Positions 1 to 11,900 of a stretch of DNA of 64,000 nucleotides are shown in pieces; the first letter of the stretch is position 1; every line of letters begins with the position of its first letter. The DNA is from Balanoglossus misakiensis. Its lineage: Eukaryota; Animalia; Hemichordata. The position numbers and the translations under genes are program-made. The stretch is taken from the NCBI GenBank assembly GCA_040954595.2, contig CM082587.2, forward strand, positions 464,617 to 528,616, read 5' to 3'. The notes beneath the pieces were generated by a model that was not told the origin of the DNA, searched no databases, and saw only the letters and a program-made list of their open reading frames with translations.

Positions 1-366
1 TAAATGGACAGCCTACGGCCAAAATAAAGAATATTTTGTCCTCAACGGAAAAACTGCAGATAATCCACTAATGCTGAAAGGTCTGCGAACACACTACTGC
101 AAAATCTGGAAAACTCTTAATGCTGTTCAACTAAAGGAAGAGGTACGAGTATTTATATTTCAATCTCTTTCTGATTTATTCTCTAAACATTCTATCCTTC
201 GCTTGATTGCTATTTGAGAGCCCAAAGGTTTCATCATGTTAGAATCTTTGCAGGACTTTGACCTTTAGGTTTTTATCATAAAAGTAATCTGACTAGATTT
301 TTTATGTTCATTCTTGTTTTTGTTTTGCAGGATATAAGTAACACGATAACAAAAGATGAGCTGTGA
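1..366 (+). CDS. 3' end (partial) of a type-B carboxylesterase/cholinesterase-family protein with C-terminal KDEL; exons <1-142 and 331-366
   Basis: The frame starting at base 2 reads KWTAYGQNKEYFVLNGKTADNPLMLKGLRTHYCKIWKTLNAVQLKEE, matching the carboxylesterase/AChE C-terminal pattern WxxY..Y..L...GLR..C..W. Donor GAG|GTACGA at 142/143; polypyrimidine tract plus TTGCAG acceptor at 330. The phase-0 last exon reads DISNTITKDEL-stop (TGA 364-366). Both pieces are too short for the ORF track. Confidence 0.8.
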
Positions 367-1013
367 AATTATGAGCACCTGGAGTTGAAAACACATCTGG
401 CATACAAAGACTTAAATAGACCCCGGATGTCGTCGCCACCCACACAGAATGAAAACATTAACTATACGGAGTGGACCTGATGAGCAATACTTCTCATAAA
501 AAGCCTGAAATTTTAATACGGCCTCTTCAAACATTTTCATTTCTGCATAAATACGTGTATATACATATTAAAAATAATTAATATGTTGCTTCCATTTGAC
601 AGCACGATTTGTACTCTTTATTTTCCACGGAGATTCGTGTCCAAAAAATACTTTAATGAGATCTTTGCCTGGGGCAAGGCGGGGCTTCGTTTCTGTCGTT
701 GTGCCTCTCATATTGTTTGTGCGACTGAATCTTCTAGAAATTCTGTCCACATACTACCACGATAATTAGTGGACAGCTACAGATCCGAAGCCTGCGAAAT
801 GACGTATATGATGAAAATATCAATGTTTTTTTCATTACCTAACCCATCCAACCTCGGTTGCTTAGATACTTGGTTGCGAAGTGGAGATCTATATCAGAGT
901 TTCATAACCACTTCTCTATTTGGTAGCCAACGATCAGTTTCACACAGATCCTTTTCGATCCTGCCAAATTGTCTTTCGGAACGCAGGTATATTCTGCGCG
1001 AACCAGTGGCAAT

Positions 1014-3712
1014 ATGTCGCGTCCCACGGCGGACACGGCTCCACATTCCGGCTACCGAGATATAGAAGCAAACGGTCGGCGCCGTGTCGATAATTCCAAA
1101 TCTTCTTTCGGTTCGCTATCGCAAGTTGACGAGGCGGTGCGAAATCTGCTGCTCCACCCAAATGACATCGGTAGGTGCAAAGAAAACCCGCTCACCCACA
1201 AGGGAAAGCGAATACAGTTGGCGAAAATGTTGCTTTTGATGTTGGTACCGGTTTTGTCCCTAGCTGTTTTAGCTGTTCTTGATTTACACGGTATCGCTTA
1301 CGGTAACAGCGTTGACATCCAAGTTAGAAACGTCATCCGTTTCAGCCGAGACATCGGCGTTCTTCTGAGTCGACTGCAACGTGAACGAGATATGACGGCT
1401 TTGTACATCAGCGTCATCGGACCCGAGAACAAAGCTTATCTGACGGAGACCTACCCGCTAACGGACAGCGCTCTAGAAGAATTGCAAGAATGGCCTGTGA
1501 ACACTCACATTCTTCGAGCCTTGCCATTCTTTCGAAAGAAAGAAGATTTCCGTCGCCATTTAGCCATCCATCGCTCCGATATTGATAAGTCCAACACGAC
1601 GGTGTACGACGAAATCAATTTCTACACCGATGCCATCCAGATTTTCATCGATTGGCTCTATGAAAGCGTCGGCAATTCCAAAGGTACGGGTCTGTGGCAG
1701 ACTCTGGTCGCCTACCAATTTCTTATCGTCAGTAATGTCGACACGGGCATCGAGCGGACACTAGGATCCGTCTTTTTTTCTCGTGGTGGGTTTGATCGAT
1801 ATGATGATTATATATGGTACTTGGAAAACTACAACGTCGGTCGAACAAACTTCAGGGCGTCCAAAAAGTATTCTCCCTTGATCGAGAACCTTTACAACGA
1901 AGCTGTCAAGAACCTGCAAGAAAATTTCACTCATACTATTGATGATATGCGTCTTATGGTTTTGAACAACGAAGGACGCCAGCCAGATTTTGAAGACGCG
2001 GCAATCTGGTTTGACAGCATGACCGTCTACATCGACATCCTAGCCAGCGTGCAGAAGAACATGGCTGACGAAATTCTCATCAAACTGGAAAAAGAACTGG
2101 AAAATGACACTGAAGCTATCGCAATAAGTATTTTCCTTGTAATTGTAGTTCTCATCATGTGTCCACTGACATTACAAGCTATCTGGACTCTAACTACAGA
2201 CGTGCAGAACTATGCGCTGACTCTTGCCACACAAACAAAAGCTTTGAACAGAGAGAAAAAACGCTCCAACTGGCTGCTTTATTCAATGCTGCCAAAAACC
2301 GTAGCTGAGCAATTGATGCGACATGAAGAAGTGAAAGCCGAGTATTACGACATGGCAACCGTCTTTTTCTCTGACATCGTGGGGTTTGATCGCCTCTGCG
2401 CCGAAAGTACACCCATGCAAGTTGTAGAAATGCTGAACGGATTATACGTGTTATTCGACTCAAGAATTGAGATGTATGACGTATACAAAGTGGAAACTAT
2501 CAACGAGACCTACATGCTGGCTTCTGGTGAGTAAGACAATTACACTGCTTTACCTTGGATGGAAAATAGCAGGAAGATATGCTCACATTGTATTTCGATT
2601 TATTCAGTCTTCGTTTGTTATTTCCAAAACCAATGAACATTTTTGTTCTGGGATCATTTTATAGTTGCATCTTTTGTTTGTCTTTGCAGGTTTACCGGAA
2701 CGGAACGGCAACAAACACACTGGCGAGATGGCGACTGCGGCTTTGGACTTGCTCTACCATATCGGTTTTATGGAGGTTCCCCACAAACCATACACCAAAG
2801 TTAAGGTTCGCATTGGAATGCATGCTGGTAAGCAATGTTATGCTATGATACATATGAGACAGAACACACACACATAGATCATACATGCATACATACTAAT
2901 TAGTGATCTACTCTGCATCACTGACTGTCCGCACCCATACAGTTTTTTTAGCTCGGGTTTTCGAACCTTATTTTGCTCCGTCTAATCATACGACAGCTAG
3001 AGGGATGAATATGATTGATACATATATCTTTTCCTACAGGGCCCGTCGTAGGAGGCGTCGTAGGGTTAAAAATGCCTCGCTACTGTCTGTTCGGCGACAC
3101 AGTGAATACAGCATCTCGCCTACAGACCAATAGTTTACGTAAGTTAAAAGAAACATGGATTACTGTGCTCTAATTTATCCTTTCATATCACCTTGAATAG
3201 GGTAGGTTGTAGCCTATGCAAGAAATACTAGTAACAATACTCACTCCCATTAACTCTGTTTGACCGACAGCCAGTCGTATTCACGTCAGCTATGAGTGTT
3301 ACCTGAGTCTACTAGACCTTGGAGGGTATACTATGGTCAAACGAGGTGAAATAGAAATTAAGGTAAACCACCAGGCTTACTCTAGCTCTTGTTCCTTATT
3401 TAGAAGTTCAACATGGTGGAAACCAAAGGGTCTATTTTAAATTTTGAGGAAATGTTCTCAACTTCAACGATGATATATGTTGTCAGGAAGTGGTTCACCC
3501 GACAGTGATATTTTTTTGTCTGAACTGCCATTACATCGATTAAGAAATAAGCTTGCTTCAGATATGGTATAGCCTGTATACTGATCAAGAATGAACAATT
3601 TGTTTGTTTGTTTGACCTCCAGGGCAAAGGAAAGATGAGCACCTATTGGCTGACTGGAAAAGATAACTTCAACCAACATATCCCAGATGTTCCACATATT
3701 CCAATCAATTAA
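1014..3712 (+). CDS. NIT-domain membrane guanylyl cyclase (NIT-GC), ~643 aa; exons 1014-2526, 2690-2827, 3040-3138, 3271-3362, 3623-3712
   Basis: Exon 1 encodes TM1 ([18 protein letters not shown], ~1227-1280), NIT hallmarks (LQRER 1374-1388, LTD, FYTD, GIER 1746-1757, WF..MT.YID), TM2 (~2115-2174), a signalling helix ([22 protein letters not shown]) and the cyclase start ([14 protein letters not shown]). Later exons give [48 protein letters not shown] and [12 protein letters not shown]. All four introns are GT-AG with compatible phases, and the spliced length of 1932 nt is divisible by 3 (TAA 3710-3712). ATG 1014 is the first ATG after an in-frame TAG at 924-926; an upstream exon cannot be excluded. 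Confidence 0.92.
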
Positions 3713-4468
3713 AAGAACCTGGTTGACGATATATCTGTCACTTTCAAACAAACCTGCTATTAAGTTTGTTTGCTGACGGAGATTTTCCTTTATTTCGATT
3801 AATTTCACCGGTGGTGAAGGTTGGGAGGGTGAAGAACCATCAACGTTTCCAAAGAAATGACAGACTAGCTTTCATCAAATTCAAATAGCCATGCGTGAAA
3901 TACAGAGATAAACACGTTGTTTCGACCCGTTTATATTAAGCGACTTAAATCGAGTACAACATTAACGCACATTAAGTTTATGTTAACTTCACTGTCTTGT
4001 TCTAATGTAGTAATCGTTGTTTTTCACCATTGCTCATCAAAAGATAATTACAAACAGCGTACGTACATGTATGTCGTGCTGTAAATGTACTGAGTCGTAT
4101 GCAGAGTACTTATTAACTTACTAGTATTTGTAAACACAAAATATACTTCGCACACTTATGAAAAAAACACAGAACATATTTGATTGTATTAAAGACTATA
4201 CAGTGATGGAATTTCAATTTTATCTTATGTTTTGCGTTCTCCGGCTATATAGTTTACAGGTAGAATGGGTAAGCTCTTGAAAAAAAACATGCCAAACTTT
4301 TGCCTACAGACTAAATAAGGTTTCTGTAATTTACTAAAGTGCATTTGAAACGTTTGTAAATTGAATCTATTCAATTCTGCAATATGTACCAATGGTCTGT
4401 ATTTCTTCATTATAGCATCACATGAAACCCTAAGTTTATAACGAAATCTTGTGTTGTATGCATGTCAT

Positions 4469-4474
4469 AATAAA
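4469..4474 (+). terminator. candidate polyadenylation signal (AATAAA) of the NIT-GC gene
   Basis: AATAAA about 760 nt after the stop codon; an ATTAAA variant also occurs near 4188. Motif only. Confidence 0.3.
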
Positions 4475-5110
4475 TACGTCTAAAACGTCAGAATTAGGCG
4501 CATGTGTGCTTTAACCCTATACAAACACACACATAAGTAAGTACTTTTACTTGCTTTTTGAAGAACACCAGCCCTCCTCTGTTCATTTTGTCCAGGCTCT
4601 ATGTATAGGCCTAAGTGTGCATCTATACAATGATGGTTTGGCCTTTGACAACTTAAGCAAATTACGACAGAGGGTTTTCAGTTGACAAAAACAGTCCTGT
4701 GACCGTTCGTTCCTGCCTGATTCATTTCCGAAGGGCGTGATTTCAAGGTCGACGGATAAAGCCCATGTCTGCCCTAATGCATACTCGTTAATGGTTGGTT
4801 TCGGCTGTGCAAGCGCCTCTATAGTTGCGTTAATGCAATTCGCTATTTACCATAAAATGACAAAGGATAAAAGCTGAGCATGGCGGAATACAGAATGAGT
4901 CGAGCCTACCATGTTAATAACACCATTGTTTGCCCTTGGTGAGTTCCGTCTTTGCAAAACAGCTTAGTTTTTCTCATAGACTGTCTATGGTTTCTATCGA
5001 CGGATCAAAGTCAAACTCGATGCTCTAACTTGTGAAAGTGGTATCCACGTAGCCCCCATCTCGAACATTTCACGTCTTAACACCGGAGGCTGAGCTGATT
5101 GTGGACTGAG

Positions 5111-5743
5111 GTAAGAGATATGCCGGAGTGAACTGCACGATTCGGCGTCATGTCAAACAGTGCAACCACTTGACAGGTATCAGATAGACCAGAAAATCCC
5201 ACAACGAATCAGAAGTACCGATATGGGAACAGGTATAGCTTGAAAGACAACGACCGTTACATGTCGCTGGAAACTTGCATAAAATGTCCAAAGAGAGGAT
5301 AGAAACTGAAGGCTTTCTGCATTATAAAACAGTGTCATCTTTATATTTGAAGCCATTTAATGTTTTGAAAAAGAACACCGAGTGTTTGCTCTACGTCATT
5401 TAAAAAAGAAAAGAAAACCAACGTTGGATTGACTGATGAAGGTCGCGTGTTATGAACAGAGGCGATTGTCTGTTTCATACGCCACAGTACAATTCATTCA
5501 TTGTTGGTCATTGTCAAGAGTACATAACGACTGCATGTCAAAGGGCTGCTGCCCTATATCGATTAAAACGCCCACAATTTTAGTCCAGTGTCTTGCAGGT
5601 TGACAGGGAAAATGTTTCCTTCAGCGAATCAGTCTGTCCACAGAGGGACATTGATTCATGTAGGCCTACTAAAGGAAGCCACCTGTTAGAAGTCGATTGT
5701 AAATGTCTTAGAGAAATATGAATTTTGTATTTTCTCTAAATAG
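5111..5743 (+). other. putative 5' UTR intron of the CCN-like gene
   Basis: Strong donor GAG|GTAAGA at 5110/5111, and a pyrimidine-rich acceptor TTTTCTCTAAATAG ending at 5743, about 100 nt before the ATG at 5847. No transcript evidence. Confidence 0.35.
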
Positions 5744-5846
5744 AGTTGGTCCGCCAGCGTCGTCAAAAAGGAACACAGGAAATATATTTGAAAGGTCAGT
5801 GGACCTGGGTTCCCTTCTACCCGGAATTCGACAATAGGAATCTAAA

Positions 5847-7302
5847 ATGGTTACCATGGATTTCCGGATGATCTTTTCGGTCGGCGTTCTGTTGTTCCAA
5901 ATTCGAAAGGTGAGTTTTACAGGTTGGCATGAATCTGTCTAAAATATTATAGAGTTTTTATCAGTTCTTCATACTTTTAAACGTTTCCAAAATGACGCTT
6001 CAAACACGTATAGGCTACATGTACTAGAACTTTCACTGTTGGGAAGTGTACAACCTGAAAGAGGCTTTTGATTGAAGATATTGGTGCATTTCTGAAACTG
6101 AGCCAATGTGTCGGTATTGAACTACCAAGCCAAAATAAATCACAAAGACTATTGTGTTTTCTTAATTTCTTATGTTCCCCTTTTGGTGTTCGCCCGACTT
6201 CAGGTAAACACATTCCACATCGACGTGTAACAATGGAGCCGCATATCTCACTGTGCCGCCATGTTTGTTTTTCCAGGTCGTGATAGCAGACTGCATAATA
6301 AACGGAGTTCCACTCAAAGATGGCGACACTTTCCATCGTTCGTGTCGGGAAGAATGTACATGTATGAACAACGTTTATGTATGCACATCGACGTGTCCCC
6401 ACGAATCTATAAAACCGTCCCTGGAATGTGAGAAGCTTGAATTATTAAAAATACCGGGGCGTTGTTGTAAAGAATGGACGTGTATTTCTAACGATGTACA
6501 CCAAGGTACTGACAATTACTAGTATTTAACATATCGTTTACATTTTAGGCAGTCCATACTTGCAAGTTTCATACATACAAGTAATAATTAAGTGGATTTT
6601 ATCAATCTGCAATGATATATAGGAACCGATGTTCTAGAATATCTAGCGCCCTCTACGTAACATATTGTAACTTTTGTTTTTATCTCCTCTCATGAATCTT
6701 ACAATGTTTTCTCCCCCCTTCAGATCCCAGCGATGGTGTTTCGTGTGGCGGCTTTCTAGACAGCATGTGGAGTGAATGTCCGGTAGAATGTGGCATTGGC
6801 ATCTCAACACGTGTGACCAGACAAAACAAAGATTGTTGGATGGCAACAGAATTTAGATTGTGTCAATTGAGACCGTGCCCAGGAAATATTGATTTTCTGG
6901 ACAACTATGAACAACTAGTAAGTCACCTTTCTATTGGATAAACTTTTCTTCAGTACCATCTGAGGAAGGCCTTTGATATATAAAAATCCTGACTAAAGGC
7001 AATATAGTTCAGCACATTCAGTTCACAACCAAAATCACAATCACGCACCATTTTCCTCCTCTTTCTAGTTTTCAGAGAAAAGCTGCAGAATTACTGTCAA
7101 GAGTCCAACAGCTGTTCACCTCCATTACATGGGATGCACCAGTATCTATGGTTACCATCTGAATTTCTGTGGACAATGCCAAAACAAATGTTGCCAACCA
7201 TACCGCTTCAGGAACATGAAGGTCAAATTTCAGTGTCCTGATAATTCAACACTGATATACGACTATTTGCATATTGATGAGTGTAGTTGCGAACGTTGCT
7301 AA
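5847..7302 (+). CDS. CCN-family (CTGF/CYR61/NOV-like) secreted matricellular protein, ~239 aa, with signal peptide, VWC, TSP1 and cystine knot; exons 5847-5909, 6277-6505, 6724-6917, 7069-7302
   Basis: Signal-peptide-like MVTMDFRMIFSVGVLLFQIRK|VVIA. VWC domain CIING..DGDTF..SCREECTC..CTSTCP..C..KIPGRCCKEWTC. CCN-type TSP1 WSECPVECGIGISTRVTRQNKDCWMATEFRLCQLRPC. CT knot CRITVK..GCTS..FCGQCQNKCCQPY..VKFQCPD..IDECSCERC-stop. GT-AG introns have phases 0, 1, 0; spliced length 720 nt. Confidence 0.92.
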
Positions 7303-7592
7303 GCATGGGATAGATACTACAATAGTTTTCCTCAAGGAATATGGAAAATGCTAGCAGCCAGCTTGGCCAGGATCAGGTTTGCAGTGTTCATCCAAGTGTG
7401 GAAAGACCCCAAACAGCCATGTACACTGTACAATCAATTGGGATTTGGGGCCCATCATCCCGAACACAGTACTATTTATTTGCAACAGAAAATATACATA
7501 TTGCAATAATTCTTTATGACTCTAGTTTTACTGGATCAGCGGTGAATGGTAGACCCTTTCACCAATGTCCAGATTTTCAGTGTTGTTTTTTT

Positions 7593-7598
7593 AATAAA
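7593..7598 (+). terminator. candidate polyadenylation signal (AATAAA) of the CCN-like gene
   Basis: AATAAA about 290 nt after the TAA at 7300-7302, with GT-rich sequence downstream. Confidence 0.4.
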
Positions 7599-8942
7599 AT
7601 ATTCTCAGAGAAATTGTGTGGAAATGTCATTAATGTGTGTCCTTGCTGAACAAAGTTCAATTATTGGGAATGATTTAACGCAAGAAGACAATTTGTTTTG
7701 AAGGGGCTATCAGAAGGAGATCTATTTTCTATTATCATGGGTCATTACCCTCAGAAAGGTAAATGTAAATTTAAAAAGCAAACCAATATAGCTTCATTCA
7801 ATTGAGCATCTCAAATAACATGGCATCCCCTTCCATCAAATCAGCAAAAATGTCACTTGCCAAACAAAAGTGGATCTTATTTCAAGAGCTCATCTGAACC
7901 ACTGATTAACTTCAAGTGAATTAGATGCCTATCTATACTTCCAAGACTGTTGCAAGGTCAGAGGTCATGTTCCTTTGACCTCTATTACCAAGACTACATC
8001 ATTCACCAGATGAGTGGCCATATCAGCAGATTAGAAAATGAGTCTCATCATATTCCTGAATTCATGCGTCCCTGTGCCAGGGAAAAGCGCCCTCACACAT
8101 TGAGAAATGACGCTGTGTAATGCTTGATTTAATTGAATACAATGTAGCAATGTCATTTGGCCGAAATTAATTTGATAAGCCTCTATGCTGTGACCTTTAA
8201 AATAATTATTTTTCATGATGAGGTTGGAACTACTGCTAACACATCAAAGGTTTCAAAATATGATGCCCACAGAAAAATTATTCCCTACAAAACTCAATGC
8301 ATCCTTTGCTGAGTCAATTGAGTTGCAGATAGCAATGCATCCTGGGAATTCAAGTAACCGCTTCTCTGCTTGTAGAACAAGCAGGGAAATGATTTTAACA
8401 GGCAAGGTTTGTATATTCTTGATCACTTGAGACTTTTATAGAGTTTCTCACTTAATATCAAGTCAGAGAATGCTGTATTTGAAAGTAGATGTTTCCTACT
8501 GTGTTGAAAGTTTTCCAAACACCTTGTTACTCATTGTTGATTTTCCTCCTTGCCAACCATTGCTTAGTAAATTCAGAGCTTTGCTGTCACCTTCAGGCAA
8601 AAGTGCATTTCACTTGACATTCAAGTATGGTGACTAAAATCCAATTACAGAAAGCCTCAAGATTGTAAATGAATACTGTGAAGCGTGTTTCTGGCATCCG
8701 TATTTATCACATTCATGGCTCATTCCTCTTGCGTTGCCATGGTATCACTTAACACAGGTCTGATAGTAATGACCCAGCATTTGACTGGATTCAATTTTCT
8801 CTAACGCAATTGTTTCTGCCCTTTAAGTCATGATTTTCTTCCCTTTTAAGTGAGGATATCACTGACTTTGGCGACTGCAACACCACTGTCCTTGTCAACA
8901 AATCAAATTTTCAATGTAAAATCTTTTTCATTTCTGTCATTA

Positions 8943-11900
8943 TTACTGTCCAATGGCTTCCTCTTTCAAATCATCATTTCTGTCATCTTCATTTCTTGAT
9001 TGGTCCTGCAATTTGCTTTCATTCTGTCCATTTTCAAGTTTTCCATCATGGCCATCAACACTGTCTGGGTCTTTGCACAGGGCTCTACATTCCTCGGTCA
9101 TGTGGCTGTCTCGTACACTGTCATCATCCCAACTGATTTCATCACTTTCACTGCTGTCCTCTGAGCTAGAACTGGAGGAGTCTGAATCCGAGCTGGAACT
9201 GCTGGCATTTTCATCATCTGTGGGCACTGCAAGATTAATTCACTGTATTTATTATCTTTTAAAACTCTCCATGATCTAAAATCATTTTGACTCATGAACT
9301 TCTACATAACTTATGGTCAACATGATATCAATTCAATACCAACATCTGTTATCAATCAACAGTTAGAAGTTACAGTAAGAAGGAAATCTCATTAATGTTG
9401 ACATACCTTCCCCAAGAAGTGGATAAGCATTGAAATTCTCTGCCAATACCACAAAGATGGTTGGATACTCTATTATGTATTTATCAGCAAGGTTATCAGC
9501 TATGGTCTGGTTCAAATCCAATAAGTGATACCTGCCAATAATAAATCAATAATCAATGTTCAAGTGATACCATTTCAAGAACTCACACAAGAATTATATG
9601 TACACAGAGGAAGAGAGCCCAGGGACAAGACTAAAATCATCACACTCACCGTACAGACTTGGCACTTCGACGTTCCACTTTCATAAACAGTCTGATGTTA
9701 TCATAGCCTGCTGAAACATACTTCTTTAATCTGCAGAAGGTAGACACTCTTGTTTAAAGGACTGAATCCCACAACACTCGATAAATGTGAAAACTTGCTG
9801 TTGAAGAGACTTGGTCAAACACCTACCTCTGCCTAATCACAGGATCTGCTGTCACAGGGTCCAGATATTTTTCTATGACTTTGCTCAACAAAGTTGATTC
9901 TGAAACTCTGTGAACACGAAAAGAAAGTTTTTAATGTTTGCAATGACAGCAAAAACCCACACAGATTTCAGGGCTTGTATGTACTGGCCTGAATCAGACC
10001 TGATGGTAAAGAAATCAATGCAATGGTGGATTCCGATCATGCAGTAGTGTGTTCCCAGTTTTTGTTAACAAGTCTCACGTTTTCTGTTGTCACTCAAACA
10101 GAATTACAAATTGTCTTTTTGCTGAGCAGTCATTTATAGGCTTATACCCCTGGGTTTAAAATGCCAGCGTTTTGAACCCTGTCTAGATAATCCATGATCA
10201 TATACTAAACTGTTTGCCCTGTTGTTGGAATACCATTGTCTAGCACTTGTGTTAACCTTTAATAACAAAGGTTACATGACCAAAACTTCCGAAACATCTG
10301 TCTCTTTAGAACAGATAGTCCACTTTCTGAACATGGATTAACCATATGTGCAATGTGTGCATTTTATAGACAGCTTGTGTTTTCAAGGAATAATGGGACT
10401 TTACTGTATTACTGGTAGACCTCAATACTCTTTTGGATTATGGTTTTCTCAATGATGTCAACTGAACCAGTTGAGTTGTTTGGTTGAATGAACTGTATTT
10501 TCACAATTCTCTTTATATAAGGCAGGCTGGTATTTCACTTTTTACACTGTGGTATAAAATCAATGTACATGTATCTGCAGAAAGAAGTTTGTTCCAAACA
10601 AGTTCCCATGTGTTCGGACCAGGAATGACATCTACATCAGAGTATACAACGGTATTTCTCTTACCGTTTATCACTGTACTTGACTTCACTTTGGGGGAAT
10701 ATCCATTCTATGTGCCAGAGTATTTCTCGATCTCTGTTGCAAAGGAAAGAATTAAAACAAACAAATTCATTGACTGCAAACTGTGTGTTTACATATGTTG
10801 TCACGACAACAGAGCTGAAATACTGTCACATACAGTACAGATCTGGAAGAACCCAGCTTGTGTCTAGCACTCTGCTAGACAGTCTTGTAATACTCTGCCA
10901 ACATGTCAAACAAATGGTGAAAACTGATAGTGAAATTAGAGTATGACATGCTTACTTTGTTGAAAACATTGATGAGTTGATTTTTCTCCGTGTGAAAACA
11001 TACGGTAGAATCTTAACGGTTACTTTCCTCTGTCTTGCCATTCTCATAAACGTATTCAACTGAAAGATAAAAATGTAACCAAAATCAAAGGTGTTCAGTT
11101 TGTCATAATTGCTTAAATTCAAATTCAAATGTGAATGCAGTTGAAAGAATAGTTTAGGCAACCATCTTGCTCGGTCATCCATCCTGGCATGGATGGTTCC
11201 ATGATTCCAATACATGTACCGGTACTTGTATCATTTCAGTAGCAGTTTCAGTTGTGTAGCGCCCTCTATCAATCTACCCAATTCATGTCGGTGTACAGTT
11301 TGGTCTTCTGACTCCTCATTGGATGCAGAATTTAGATCTTACATGTTTAGGCAGTGTTCTATGCTTTCTTCTGGTATCCCTGGAAATGCTGTCAGCTTTT
11401 CTGTCAACGTCTTCAAGAAGTCTATAATCTAAAACAAGCGCAGAGAATTTGAATACATGTAACTATGTTTTTGGGATCCAAACCCCATAGTATTGAGCGG
11501 AACTTCAGGATTTCCACAACCTGGTATCATTTTACTTTGTTAAAACCAAGCAAAACAAGAACTTATATAATAGTACGAGAGTATATAATTTACTTATTTA
11601 CTTACCACTGAGTAAATTTTGATCTGTGAAATTACGAAGTGCAATGTAGGCAGTTTTGTCTCTGTTTCCACTACAATCAGTTTCATGTTTGTGACTTTTG
11701 ACACAGGGTAAGCTGTTGGCAGAAACAATAGGAAAGAAAAATAACACTAAAATGATTAAAAACATTGCATAGTTAAGAAGCAGCATACAAACTACAACCT
11801 GACATCTGCCATCCATATTATTAGCCGAAGAAAAATACAAAAACAACAGTTGCTATGCTTGGCGGCAAATACCTGCAAGTTCTAATGGCACATCCAGGAC

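Noticed and set aside
2903-3133. ORF with an Arg run ([10 protein letters not shown]) resembling an NLS or protamine
   Set aside because: It is an off-frame reading of NIT-GC exon 3 ([11 protein letters not shown]).
3964-3980. 17-bp exact match AACGCACATTAAGTTTA with 43090-43106
   Set aside because: About one such match is expected by chance in 64 kb of AT-rich DNA, and the flanks do not align convincingly.
4975-4989. Palindrome CATAGAC-T-GTCTATG resembling joined MITE termini
   Set aside because: Too short, single copy, and no clear target-site duplication.
8953-9279. 108-aa Ser/Leu-rich plus-strand ORF
   Set aside because: Antisense shadow of the ZNHIT6 last exon.
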